Source: Candidatus Nealsonbacteria bacterium (GTDB lineage: Bacteria > Patescibacteriota > Minisyncoccia > Minisyncoccales > GWA2-38-27). Taken from it: 64,000 nt of DNA. The notes beneath the pieces are model-generated. The model ran no database searches. It worked only from the letters and a program-made list of their open reading frames with translations, and was not told where the DNA came from. The first letter of the stretch is position 1, and each line of letters opens with the position of its first letter. The stretch spans positions 4,759-68,758 of the forward strand of contig JAUWWC010000001.1 of the NCBI GenBank assembly GCA_030617105.1, in the 5' to 3' direction. The position numbers were made by a program, and so were the translations under genes. Below are positions 9,174 to 18,533 of the stretch, piece by piece.

Positions 9174-10889
9174 ATGACTTCAAAAGAGATTAGGAATAAG
9201 TTTTTGAGATTCTTTGAAAAAAAAGGGCACAAAATAGTGCCCTCGTCTTCTCTTTTGTCTACTGATCCCAGTGTTTTGTTTACTACAGCTGGCATGCAGC
9301 AGTTTAAAGAATATTTCTTAGGAGAGTCATCTCCTTATGGAAACAGAGTTACTTCTTCTCAGAAATGTTTTAGGACTTCAGATATTGAGGAAATCGGGGA
9401 TACAACTCATTTGACTTTTTTAGAAATGCTGGGCAACTTCAGCTTCGGTGATTATTTCAAAAAAGAGTCTATTGAATGGACTCTTGAATTTTTAACTAAG
9501 GTTTGCAAATTGAAAAAAGAAAAGCTTTGGATTACTGCGTTTAAGGGGGATAAAGAGGTTCCTGAAGATAAAGAATCAAGGGAAATCTGGAGAAAATTGG
9601 GATTTCCTGAAAATAGAATTTATGGATTCTCGCGCAAAGATAATTTCTGGGGACCAACTGGTGAGCAAGGGCCTTGCGGGCCGACTACTGAAATTCATTA
9701 TGATTCAACAGGAAAAAGCTGCTCTTTAGGTAAAAAATGCTTGCCAAATTGTAGGTGCGGAAGATTTGTTGAATTATGGAATTTAGTTTTTAATGAATTT
9801 TATCAGGACAAAGATAAAAAACTAACGCCTTTAAAGCAAAAAGGAGTAGATACTGGCATGGGGCTGGAGAGATTAGCCATGGTTGTTCAAAACAAAGCAT
9901 CAGTTTTTGAAACTGATTTATTTTCTTCCACGCCTCAGGCCAAGGCAGAGAGAATTATTGCTGACCATATTAAGGGGTCAGTTTTTTTAGCTTCTGAAGG
10001 CATTATTCCTTCAAATGTTGAACAAGGCTATGTTTTGAGAAGAATCTTGAGAAGGGCAATTCGCTATGGCAAGATTTTGAAAATGCCAAAGAATTTCTTA
10101 ATTCCTTTAGCTCAGAAAGTTATTGAGATTTACAAAGATGTTTACCCAGAAGTTAAATCTAAAGAAACAGATATTTTAACTATTATTCAAAATGAAGAAG
10201 AAAAGTTTGAGAAAACTTTAGAAAGGGGATTAAAAGAATTTGATAAACTAATTAGCAGGAATAAAGATATAAAAGGGGAACAGGCCTTTGACCTTTATCA
10301 GAGTTATGGATTTCCTTTGGAGCTTACTGAAGAATTAGCCAAGGAAAAAGGTTTTAAAGTAGATAAAAAAGGTTTTGAAAAAGCAATAAAGAAACATCAA
10401 GAGATTTCCAGGGCTGGCAAAGAAGCAAAGTTTGGAGGAATAGGTAAAGAGGCAGGATTGGAAGCAGCAAAGCTTCATACAGCTACTCATTTGATGCATC
10501 AGGCATTAAGAGAGGTTTTGGGTAGTCACGTTAAGCAAATGGGTTCAGATATTACTCCTAAACGTCTCCGTTTTGATTTTTCTCATTCTGCTAAAATGAC
10601 AGAGCAGGAGATTAACAAGGTTGAGAAGATTGTTAATCAGAAAATTAAACAGGATTTAGAAGTTAAAAAACAAGAAATGCTTTATTCAGATGCTATAAAA
10701 TCAGGAGCTTTGGCATTTTTCAAAGAGAAATACCCTGAAAAAGTATCGGTTTATTCTATTGGCAAGTTTTCAAAAGAAATTTGCGCTGGTTCTCATGTTA
10801 AGCGCACTTCTGAGCTTGGTAAGTTCAAAATTATTAAAGAAGAATCTTCAAGCGCCGGCATCCGCCGTCTTCGCGCTATTTTAGAATAA
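9174..10889 (+). CDS. alaS: Alanine--tRNA ligase, short form without C-Ala domain
   Basis: LFTTAGMQQFK, GPCGP, DTGMGLER, HTATH, EICAGSH. Confidence 0.97.
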   Translation: MTSKEIRNKFLRFFEKKGHKIVPSSSLLSTDPSVLFTTAGMQQFKEYFLGESSPYGNRVTSSQKCFRTSDIEEIGDTTHLTFLEMLGNFSFGDYFKKESIEWTLEFLTKVCKLKKEKLWITAFKGDKEVPEDKESREIWRKLGFPENRIYGFSRKDNFWGPTGEQGPCGPTTEIHYDSTGKSCSLGKKCLPNCRCGRFVELWNLVFNEFYQDKDKKLTPLKQKGVDTGMGLERLAMVVQNKASVFETDLFSSTPQAKAERIIADHIKGSVFLASEGIIPSNVEQGYVLRRILRRAIRYGKILKMPKNFLIPLAQKVIEIYKDVYPEVKSKETDILTIIQNEEEKFEKTLERGLKEFDKLISRNKDIKGEQAFDLYQSYGFPLELTEELAKEKGFKVDKKGFEKAIKKHQEISRAGKEAKFGGIGKEAGLEAAKLHTATHLMHQALREVLGSHVKQMGSDITPKRLRFDFSHSAKMTEQEINKVEKIVNQKIKQDLEVKKQEMLYSDAIKSGALAFFKEKYPEKVSVYSIGKFSKEICAGSHVKRTSELGKFKIIKEESSSAGIRRLRAILE

Positions 10890-10916
10890 AAAAGAATTCT
10901 GTGGTAGAATTAACTA

Positions 10917-12047
10917 ATGAGGTTTGATTTTTTGGGGATAAGGAGAAAAAAGGAAAGACTTTTTTTGGTTTTGGATATTGGAACTGAAGCAGTAAAGGTT
11001 TTAATTTGCAGAAAGGGTAATATCAAAGTTGCTATTTTAGGAGCTGCTACTCAATATTTTAAGAGATACAGTGTTTTTAATGGGAAGATTTTTGAAGCAA
11101 ACGTAATAAAGAAAGATATTCTCAAAGCAATTGAACAGGCCCAGGCCCAGGTTCAGGCGCAAGATTTAAAGAAATTACCAGTTTTACTTACTCTAAGCCC
11201 TAATATTCTAAAAGCAAGAGTTAATGGGCAGTCATTTATACAGGATGAAGGCTTGAAGATAAAAATTTCTAAAGCAAAAGAAAAAGCTATTCTCCAGCAG
11301 GTTCTTAAAAAAGCGCAGCAAGAAATTTCTCAAAGATTTAGCAGAGAATTTGGTATTTTAGCAAAAGATATTCACTGGATTAGTTTGAAAATTCTTGAAA
11401 TGAAAATTGATGGCTATCCAGTTTCAAGATTATGCGGATATAATGGGAAGGATTTAGAATTTAGGATCTTGGCTACTTTTTTGTTGAAACACTATCTCAA
11501 AAGCATAAAAAGAATTCTTGAAGATTTAGGATTAAAGATTTCTAAAATAGTTCATTTAGCTGAAAGCCTGCCTATCGCATTAGGAGGTAAGGCAGGGGAT
11601 GGTATTTTCTTTGATATTGGCGGAGAGGCCAGTCAAATTATTTTAGTAAAAGGAGGTAATTTGAAAAAGGTTAGTGAGCTAGGGGTTGGAGGAAAAGCAT
11701 TTTCCCAAAAACTATCTCAATCTTTGGGAATTGATGAGCAATCAGCAAGGATTCTTAAAGAAAGATACGCTAATAAAGTTTTAAGCGGGGAAGTTGGACA
11801 AAGAATTAAAGAGATACTTTTATCAGAGAAGCGAACTTGGCAGCAGGATTTAGAAATGAAGATTAAAGGAATAAATTCATCAAATATTCAGATTTTTGGT
11901 GGATCCAGCTTGCTTCCAGAAATTCAAGAGGTCTTGCCAGGAGCCAAGATTATTTATCCCCAAGATTTTAAAAACATTAAAGACGAAACAAAGAGTTTAA
12001 AAAATCCTCAATATATTCCATCTTTATTCATTTGCTATTATGGGTAA
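10917..12047 (+). CDS. FtsA/PilM-like actin-fold ATPase
   Basis: LDIGTE..K, FDIGG, FGGSS motifs. Confidence 0.75.
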   Translation: MRFDFLGIRRKKERLFLVLDIGTEAVKVLICRKGNIKVAILGAATQYFKRYSVFNGKIFEANVIKKDILKAIEQAQAQVQAQDLKKLPVLLTLSPNILKARVNGQSFIQDEGLKIKISKAKEKAILQQVLKKAQQEISQRFSREFGILAKDIHWISLKILEMKIDGYPVSRLCGYNGKDLEFRILATFLLKHYLKSIKRILEDLGLKISKIVHLAESLPIALGGKAGDGIFFDIGGEASQIILVKGGNLKKVSELGVGGKAFSQKLSQSLGIDEQSARILKERYANKVLSGEVGQRIKEILLSEKRTWQQDLEMKIKGINSSNIQIFGGSSLLPEIQEVLPGAKIIYPQDFKNIKDETKSLKNPQYIPSLFICYYG

Positions 12048-13284
12048 GAAATTTTTTGACATAATTCCTCCAGAAGAAATTGATTCTTTAGGGAGTAAAA
12101 AACAACAAGAAAAGACAGTGCTAGTTGGGAAAAAGAAAGGATTTTTTCTAAAGAGTTTACTTTTTTGTTTGGTTCTTTTAGTCCTAATAGCAGTTTCAGG
12201 GTTTTTCTTTTTTTCTAAAGTAGAAATTGAGATTTGGCCAAAAACAGATATTTTATCTTTAGAAGAAAATCTTGTTATAGATTTGAATGCAGAGACGTTT
12301 AATTTTAGTGAAAAAATTATTCCAGGCAAGATTTTTATTAATGAGAAATCTGCTTCTCAAGAATTTCCTGCTTCAGGCAGAGTTTTAAAAAAAGAAAAAG
12401 CCACAGGAGTTATCCGAGTTTACAATGCTTATTCTACTTCTGCCAGGACTCTAATACCTTCTCGGTTTGTTTCTGCTGATGGCAAGTTATTCTGGTCTGT
12501 TAAAAGAATAACAATTCCAGGGGCAAGATATGAAAAAGGAAAACTTATTCCTGGTGAGATTGATGTTGAGGTTAAAGCAGCTGAACCAGGAGAAGATTAC
12601 AACATTGGTCCTTCTACTTTTGCTCTTCCTGCCTTAGCTGGCTCTCCGTTATACACCACTATTTATGGAAGGTCATTTTCAGATATGGCCGGAGGCTTTA
12701 TAGACGAAGTTCCCCAGATTAGCCAGGAGGATTTGGAAAAAGCTGAGAATATTTTAATTGAAGAATTAAAAAAAGAAAGCAGAGAGTTTTTCAAAACAAC
12801 TATTCCTAGAGATTTTGTTTTGTTAGATGAAACAATCTCTCAAGAGATTATAGAAACTAATAGCTCTTTGCAAGCAGGAACTGAGGCTGAGTCATTTGTG
12901 TTTCAAGTTAAGATTAAATCAGAAGGAGTTGGCTTTAAAAAATCAAATCTAGAGGATTTTGCTAAAGGTTGTATTAATTTGAATATATCAGAAGGTACAA
13001 GGATTCAGGAAGAGAGTTTAGAAATCAATCATTTTATTTTAGAGCAGAAGATTGATGAAGAGGGTAAAATTGTTTTAAATTTAGAGATTAAAAGCAAAGT
13101 TTATTCAGATATTGATTTAGATAAAGTTAAAAAAGCTCTTTTAGGAAAGTCGCTTAAAGAGGCCAGGATATTTTTAGAAAATCTTCCTGAAGTAACTAAA
13201 ATTGAGCTTAAATCTTGGCCATTCTTAAAGAAGAAAATTCCAGAGGATATGGAAAAGCTTGAGATAAAGCTAAGGATTGACTAA
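12040..13284 (+). CDS. Membrane-anchored baseplate J-like protein (CPR-type)
   Basis: One N-terminal TM; ATG.I.VYN and V.A.EPGEDYNIGP..F..GG pattern. Confidence 0.6.
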   Translation: MGKKFFDIIPPEEIDSLGSKKQQEKTVLVGKKKGFFLKSLLFCLVLLVLIAVSGFFFFSKVEIEIWPKTDILSLEENLVIDLNAETFNFSEKIIPGKIFINEKSASQEFPASGRVLKKEKATGVIRVYNAYSTSARTLIPSRFVSADGKLFWSVKRITIPGARYEKGKLIPGEIDVEVKAAEPGEDYNIGPSTFALPALAGSPLYTTIYGRSFSDMAGGFIDEVPQISQEDLEKAENILIEELKKESREFFKTTIPRDFVLLDETISQEIIETNSSLQAGTEAESFVFQVKIKSEGVGFKKSNLEDFAKGCINLNISEGTRIQEESLEINHFILEQKIDEEGKIVLNLEIKSKVYSDIDLDKVKKALLGKSLKEARIFLENLPEVTKIELKSWPFLKKKIPEDMEKLEIKLRID

Positions 13285-13326
13285 TTAAAAAAACTTTGCT
13301 ATATTAGATAATTATTAAGTACCTAA

Positions 13327-13551
13327 ATGGCAGAAACTAAGAAAAATGTTTATCGGAAAACGGGTATTGTCTTAGAGGCGCTACCTAGCCTTGATTTTAA
13401 GGTAAAGTTAGATGACGGAAAAGAAATAATTGCTCACCTTGCTGGGAAGCTGAGAATTTATAGGATTAAAGTTTTGCCAGGAGATAAGGTAACAGTAGAG
13501 ATGAGCACTCAGGGTGATACCAGAGGGAGAATTGTATATAGGGGGAAGTAA
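13327..13551 (+). CDS. infA: Translation initiation factor IF-1
   Basis: EALP..F.VKL, I.VLPGDKV, GRIVYR. Confidence 0.96.
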   Translation: MAETKKNVYRKTGIVLEALPSLDFKVKLDDGKEIIAHLAGKLRIYRIKVLPGDKVTVEMSTQGDTRGRIVYRGK

Positions 13552-13554
13552 TTT

Positions 13555-13671
13555 ATGAAAGTAAGGCCATCAGTTAAAAAAATATGCAGAGATTGTAAAG
13601 TCGTCCGAAGGAAAGGACGAGTTTATGTAATTTGCAAGAAAAATCCTAAACATAAGCAACGTCAAGGTTAA
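13555..13671 (+). CDS. rpmJ: 50S ribosomal protein L36 (absent from the ORF track)
   Basis: Translates [38 protein letters not shown]. Confidence 0.96.
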   Translation: MKVRPSVKKICRDCKVVRRKGRVYVICKKNPKHKQRQG

Positions 13672-13690
13672 GTACCCGCTCTATAAAATT

Positions 13691-14080
13691 ATGCCAAGAA
13701 TTGCTGGGGTTAATATCCCAAAAGAAAAACAAATAGAGATTGCTCTAACCTATATTTATGGTATAGGTCGTTCTTTGAGTAGAAGAATTTTATCTGAAGC
13801 AGGGGTTGATCCTAGTTGCAGGGCTTCTGAATTAAAAACAGAAGAAATAAATAAGCTTAAAGACATAATTGAAAAAAAATACAAGATTGAAGGAGGGCTT
13901 AGGAGAGAAGTAATGGTGAGTATTAAGAGATTGCGGGATATTGGCTCTTGGCGAGGTATTCGTCATATTAAAGGATTACCAGTTAGAGGCCAAAGAACAC
14001 GGACTAATACCAGAACCATTCGTGGGAATGTGAGAAAGACAGTAGGGTCTGGAAGAAAAGCAGCACCAGAACCAAAGTAA
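13691..14080 (+). CDS. rpsM: 30S ribosomal protein S13
   Basis: RIAGVNIP, GLPVRGQRTRTN. Confidence 0.98.
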   Translation: MPRIAGVNIPKEKQIEIALTYIYGIGRSLSRRILSEAGVDPSCRASELKTEEINKLKDIIEKKYKIEGGLRREVMVSIKRLRDIGSWRGIRHIKGLPVRGQRTRTNTRTIRGNVRKTVGSGRKAAPEPK

Positions 14081-14088
14081 ATAATATT

Positions 14089-14541
14089 ATGGGTAAAAAA
14101 AGAATTGTTGCAAAAACTGAAGAAGAGTTGTTAAAAGAAACAGAAAGAGTAGAAGCTGGGATGAAGAAAGAAATTAAAACTAAAAAACCTTCAAAAACAA
14201 AAGAGGGCAAGATTTGCATTTCTTCTTCATATAACAATACTCTAATTACTTTAACTGACCTTCATGGTAATGTTTTAACCTGGGCTAGTGCTGGCTCAAT
14301 TGGTTTTAAAGGAACAAAAAAAGCCACTCCTTTTGCTGCTTCAAAGGTTGCAGAAGCAATATCTCTTGCAGCTAAAAGATTAGGAATTGAGAAAATAGCG
14401 GTTTTAGTAAAAGGAATTGGTTCTGGCCGGGAATCAGCTATTAGATCTTTAGCTGTTCATGGCTTAGAGATTGTTTCTATTAGCGATATTACGCCAGTAC
14501 CACATAATGGTTGCAGGCCGCCAAAAGTCAGGAGAGTTTAA
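14089..14541 (+). CDS. rpsK: 30S ribosomal protein S11
   Basis: NNT, TPFAA, DITPVPHNGCRPP. Confidence 0.98.
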   Translation: MGKKRIVAKTEEELLKETERVEAGMKKEIKTKKPSKTKEGKICISSSYNNTLITLTDLHGNVLTWASAGSIGFKGTKKATPFAASKVAEAISLAAKRLGIEKIAVLVKGIGSGRESAIRSLAVHGLEIVSISDITPVPHNGCRPPKVRRV

Positions 14542-14551
14542 AAGTTTAAAA

Positions 14552-15181
14552 ATGAGGGATAAGAAATGTAAAATTTGCAGACGGTTAGGAGTAAAGCTCT
14601 TTTTAAAGGGTGAACGTTGTTTATCTCCGAAATGTCCAATGATAACAAAACCCTATGCTCCTGGAGAAAAAGGCAAAAAGAGAACTAGGCCTCCTTCTGA
14701 GTATGGCAAGGAATTAAGAGAGAAGCAAAAACTAAAAAACTGGTATAATTTAAAAGAGAGGCAATTTAGAAAATATGTAAAAGAAGTTCTTGAAAAGCGA
14801 GGAAAAGTAGAAGATGCCGGAGCTTTACTAATAAGAAAATTAGAAAGCCGTTTAGATAATGTGGTTTTTCGGATGGGATTTACTCCTTCTCGTGTTCAGG
14901 CCAGGCAAATTGTCAACCATGGTCATTTTTTGGTCAATGGAAAAAAGGTTAATATTCCATCTTATCAAGTTAAAAAAGGAGATAAGATTAGTTTGCAACC
15001 CAGCTCTCATAAGAAAGTTATGTTTCAAAATCTTCCAACAATCTTAAAGAAATACCAAGCTCCTTCTTGGATTAAAGTTAATATTGAGAAATTAGAAGGA
15101 GAAATTGTTGGCCAGCCTAATTTAGAAGAAGCAGGCCTGCCAGCTGAAATTTCTACTATCTTTGAGTTTTATTCACGATAA
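14552..15181 (+). CDS. rpsD: 30S ribosomal protein S4
   Basis: CKICRR..LFLKGERC, LESRLDNVV; start moved to ATG 14552. Confidence 0.97.
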   Translation: MRDKKCKICRRLGVKLFLKGERCLSPKCPMITKPYAPGEKGKKRTRPPSEYGKELREKQKLKNWYNLKERQFRKYVKEVLEKRGKVEDAGALLIRKLESRLDNVVFRMGFTPSRVQARQIVNHGHFLVNGKKVNIPSYQVKKGDKISLQPSSHKKVMFQNLPTILKKYQAPSWIKVNIEKLEGEIVGQPNLEEAGLPAEISTIFEFYSR

Positions 15182-15183
15182 CA

Positions 15184-15265
15184 TAATGCGAATGACGCGA
15201 ATTACTATGCGAATGACGCGAATAAATATTCGTAGCATTCGCATATCATTCGTAGATTCGCATTA
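15184..15265. repeat. Compound inverted repeat built from GCGAAT/ATTCG units
   Basis: ATGCGAATGACGCGAAT twice, then ATTCGTAG(C)ATTCGCAT twice. Confidence 0.85.
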
Positions 15266-15272
15266 AATTTAT

Positions 15273-16031
15273 ATGATTTTACTTCCCAAATCGCCTAAAA
15301 TTATTAATAAAAAAGAGGACTCTGCTCGTTTTGAAATTGAAGCGCTCTATCCTGGATATGGAGTAACTATTGGCAATTCTCTTAGAAGAGTTTTGCTTTC
15401 TTCTTTGTCAGGAGCAGCTGTTACCCAAATGAAAATTAAAGCGGTTCAGCATGAATTCTCAACAATATCAGGTGTTTCAGAAGATGTAATTACTATTGCA
15501 ATGAATTTAAAGCAGTTGAGATTTAAAATGCATACTGATGAACCACAAAAAGTAAGCTTAAAGATAAAAGGCGAGAAAAAAGTGAAAGGTTCTGATTTTA
15601 AATTCTCTAGCCAGGTTGAATTAATAAATAAGTCCTGTCACATTGCTACTTTAACTAGTAAAAAAGCAGAATTAGACATGGAAATTCAAATTGAAAAAGG
15701 TATTGGATATGAGCCAGTTGAGCGAAGGAAAAAGCAAAAGAAATTAGAAATCGGAGTAATTCCCATTGATGCCATTTTTACTCCTATTAAAAGAGTGAGT
15801 TATAAAGTGGAGAATATGCGGGTAGGGGAGAGGACTGATTTTGACAGACTATATTTAGATATTAAAACTGATGGAACAATTACTCCTGAAGATGCATTCT
15901 TTCAGGCCTCAGACATTTTAGTAAAGCACTTTTCCTTATTTGCTGGACTTTCCAAAGTTGTAAAAATGCAAAAAGAAAAGAAAGTAGTTAAAAAGCCTGC
16001 TAAAAAGAAAGAACCAAAGAAAAAAAAGTAA
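15273..16031 (+). CDS. rpoA: RNA polymerase alpha subunit without alpha-CTD
   Basis: [30 protein letters not shown]; ends in a Lys-rich tail at 252 aa. Confidence 0.96.
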   Translation: MILLPKSPKIINKKEDSARFEIEALYPGYGVTIGNSLRRVLLSSLSGAAVTQMKIKAVQHEFSTISGVSEDVITIAMNLKQLRFKMHTDEPQKVSLKIKGEKKVKGSDFKFSSQVELINKSCHIATLTSKKAELDMEIQIEKGIGYEPVERRKKQKKLEIGVIPIDAIFTPIKRVSYKVENMRVGERTDFDRLYLDIKTDGTITPEDAFFQASDILVKHFSLFAGLSKVVKMQKEKKVVKKPAKKKEPKKKK

Positions 16032-16032
16032 T

Positions 16033-16380
16033 ATGCGGAAACTTAAACAAGGCAGAAAATTATCAAGAAAAAGAAATCAGCGGAAAGCTCTGTTAAAATC
16101 TTTAGCACAAGCCCTTTTTTTACATAACAAGATAAAAACTAGTGAGGCAAAAGCCAAAGAGCTTTCCAGGTTTGCTGAGAAATGCATAACCCGAGCAAAG
16201 AAAGGAGATTTGAATTCCAGAAGAATCTTAGCAAAGTATTTCTCAAAAGATTTAGTCAAAAGATTGATTGATGAGATTGGACCAAAGTATAAGAATAGAA
16301 AAGGGGGATATACAAGAATTATTAAATTGGGTCCTAGAAAAAGTGATGGTGCCAGGATAGCGATAATAGAATTAGTATGA
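16033..16380 (+). CDS. rplQ: 50S ribosomal protein L17
   Basis: [19 protein letters not shown]. Confidence 0.97.
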   Translation: MRKLKQGRKLSRKRNQRKALLKSLAQALFLHNKIKTSEAKAKELSRFAEKCITRAKKGDLNSRRILAKYFSKDLVKRLIDEIGPKYKNRKGGYTRIIKLGPRKSDGARIAIIELV

Positions 16381-16724
16381 AAAGAGAAACTCATACAATT
16401 GATGCTAGCGGCAAGATTTTGGGCCGTTTCGCTACTGAAATTGCTGTTTTGCTTCGCGGCAAAAACAAACCCGATTTTATTCCTAACAAAGACATGGGTG
16501 ATTTTGTAGTTGTTAAAAATATTAATAAGATTGAAGTCACTGGCAAGAAACTTGAGAAGAAAATTTATTATCATCACTCTGGATATTTAGGAGGATTGAA
16601 AGAAACCCCATTGAAGAAACTTTTTGAGAAAGATCCAGGAGAGGTTTTAAAAAGAGCAGTTTTCGGCATGCTGCCTAAGAATAAGTTACGAGCTAAGCAA
16701 ATTAAAAGATTAAAGTTTGAATAA
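16377..16724 (+). CDS. rplM: 50S ribosomal protein L13
   Basis: IDA...LGR, D.GD.VVV.N, GMLPKN. Confidence 0.97.
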   Translation: MKRETHTIDASGKILGRFATEIAVLLRGKNKPDFIPNKDMGDFVVVKNINKIEVTGKKLEKKIYYHHSGYLGGLKETPLKKLFEKDPGEVLKRAVFGMLPKNKLRAKQIKRLKFE

Positions 16725-17200
16725 TGGAAAAAGCTAAAAAAACTAAAACAAAAAAGAAGACAAGTAGTAAAAAGAAAGTTGAGAAACGCAAAAAGCCAAG
16801 AGCTAAACCAGCTAAGTATTTTGAAGCAGTTGGCAGGAGAAAAACATCTGTGGCTCGGGTTCGGCTTTTTACTCAGGGAGATAAAACAATTATGATTAAT
16901 GGAAAATCGTATAAAGAATATTTTCCTGGTTTAGAGCTTCAGCAGATTGTAGATACTGCTTTAGATAAAATGAAAGCTCTTGATAAGTTTATGGTTTCAG
17001 CTAAGGTAAAAGGGGGAGGAGTTCATTCTCAAGCTGAAGCTGTTAGGCATGGAATTTCCAGGGCTCTTGTGAAGTTTAATCCTGAGTTTCGCAAACGGCT
17101 TAGGCGAGCTGGATATTTAACCCGTGATCCCAGAATGCGGGAAAGAAAGAAATTCGGATTAAAGCGCGCCCGCAGAGGCCCGCAATGGTCTAAGAGATAA
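16724..17200 (+). CDS. rpsI: 30S ribosomal protein S9
   Basis: GRRKTSVARV, LTRDPR..ERKK.G..AR..PQWSKR. Confidence 0.98.
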   Translation: MEKAKKTKTKKKTSSKKKVEKRKKPRAKPAKYFEAVGRRKTSVARVRLFTQGDKTIMINGKSYKEYFPGLELQQIVDTALDKMKALDKFMVSAKVKGGGVHSQAEAVRHGISRALVKFNPEFRKRLRRAGYLTRDPRMRERKKFGLKRARRGPQWSKR

Positions 17201-17201
17201 T

Positions 17202-17232
17202 AAAAAATCCCTCTGAAAATCAGGGGGATTTT
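17202..17232. terminator. Bidirectional intrinsic terminator
   Basis: AAAAAATCCCTCTGA-AAA-TCAGGGGGATTTT. Confidence 0.85.
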
Positions 17233-17252
17233 TGCTTTTTTACTGCTTTTTA

Positions 17253-17615
17253 CTACTCTCTGTTGAATTTATATTTGATTTTGCATTGTTGGGCTCTAAA
17301 ACGATTTAGATGTTTAAATCCTGCAGGTAAATCTGATTCCAGTGTTTCTCCATTGAAGCTTAAATCAACAGGATATATACAAGCGACTTCCCAAGTTTTT
17401 GCTTGTGGGTTCTCTTGTACACAGAAAGAAAGATTGTGTTTTTGGCCCAAATCAAGAATCAGAACAGATACATCAACTACACCTTCACAACGTTTCATCG
17501 TTCTAATATTGAGCCCTTTTTTACAAGGAAGGCCAACTTGATGAGCAAATTGAAGTGCGAAGTCAACAGCTGTTAGATCTATTGCCATAACATCGGTGTT
17601 TCTAATAGAATTCAT
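17253..17615 (-). CDS. Hypothetical protein (accessory cassette)
   Basis: AGGAGGT SD before ATG 17615; own TTGACA-17-TATACT promoter at about 17704-17732. Confidence 0.7.
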   Translation of the reverse strand: MNSIRNTDVMAIDLTAVDFALQFAHQVGLPCKKGLNIRTMKRCEGVVDVSVLILDLGQKHNLSFCVQENPQAKTWEVACIYPVDLSFNGETLESDLPAGFKHLNRFRAQQCKIKYKFNRE

Positions 17616-17732
17616 TTTACACCTCCTGGGCATCACGCCCAATTTACTGCCATCACGGCAGAAAGGTTAATAATGTGGTTTGAAACGAACTAATACTACT
17701 TACAGTATACACCCATATTTAGTTTTTGTCAA
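17616..17732 (-). promoter_or_regulatory. Cassette promoter and leader with twin GTGAT-loop hairpins
   Basis: Minus strand CTGCC-GTGAT-GGCAG and TGGGC-GTGAT-GCCCA directly before the SD. Confidence 0.7.
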
Positions 17733-17786
17733 GAGCTGGTGCTGGGGATTTGACCTTTGTTTATAAATAGATTAAAATGATATTGT

Positions 17787-18470
17787 ATGTTAAAAGAAAT
17801 TATTGATAAATATTATTTGGATAGGCAGAGGAATAAAGAACAGCGTCATTTTTATATCAGTGACGCTGGCAAGTGTTCTCGGGCAGTGTTTTTTAAATTT
17901 AAAAACGCTCCCAGAAAAGAAATGGGAGCAAATATCTTGAGATTATTTGATCATGGAGACCATATGCACAAGCTTATAATGAAGTCTTTATTAAGCACTA
18001 GAGATATTCATGTCGTGGCTTCTGAAGTAAATATTGCTCCACAAGAGATAATTTCAGGCAGAGCCGACGCCATAATTAGTGATGGAAAGCAACTCTATGT
18101 TTTAGACATTAAAAGCATGAATAGTATGATTTTCAGAAATTTGATACAGGCAAAAGAGGAAAACGTTGAGCAGCTTCAATTATACTTGCATTATTTTAAA
18201 ATACCTAAGGGAATCCTGCTTTATGTTGATAAAGATAAGTTAGAGCTGAAAGAGTTTATAGTAAGCTATAATCAAATCCAAGCAGAAAGTCTTTTGAAAC
18301 AGTTAACTGTTCTTAAAAAACAAATTGATTCTAACACTATTCCTTCACGTCTTGCCGATTATCCAGATGGTTGGCAGTGTAATTATTGCCAGTTTAGAGA
18401 AATCTGTGATATGGGAGCTCCAGATGAAATGAAATGGGACGATTTTAAACAAAAAATAGAGTCTCAATAA
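17787..18470 (+). CDS. Solo Cas4-like PD-(D/E)XK nuclease
   Basis: N-terminal Cys (AGKC), G..H, GRADA, DIKS, QLQLY, C-terminal CxxCxxxxxC. Confidence 0.8.
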   Translation: MLKEIIDKYYLDRQRNKEQRHFYISDAGKCSRAVFFKFKNAPRKEMGANILRLFDHGDHMHKLIMKSLLSTRDIHVVASEVNIAPQEIISGRADAIISDGKQLYVLDIKSMNSMIFRNLIQAKEENVEQLQLYLHYFKIPKGILLYVDKDKLELKEFIVSYNQIQAESLLKQLTVLKKQIDSNTIPSRLADYPDGWQCNYCQFREICDMGAPDEMKWDDFKQKIESQ

Positions 18471-18491
18471 ATAATTAACAAAATAAAAATT

Positions 18492-18514
18492 AAAAAGGAG
18501 CTTAGCTTCTTTTT
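18492..18514 (+). terminator. Intrinsic terminator
   Basis: AAAAAGGAGC-TTA-GCTTCTTTTT. Confidence 0.65.
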
Positions 18515-18533
18515 AGTTTGGGAGATTTTGGCC

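Noticed and set aside
11135-11162. CAGGCC/CAGGTT hexamer run (QAQAQVQAQ) in the ftsA-like gene
   Set aside because: Short in-frame slippage repeat with no sign of phase variation.
12040-13284. Prophage or contractile injection system suggested by the baseplate J-like protein
   Set aside because: No other phage structural genes nearby; the protein is membrane-anchored among core genes.
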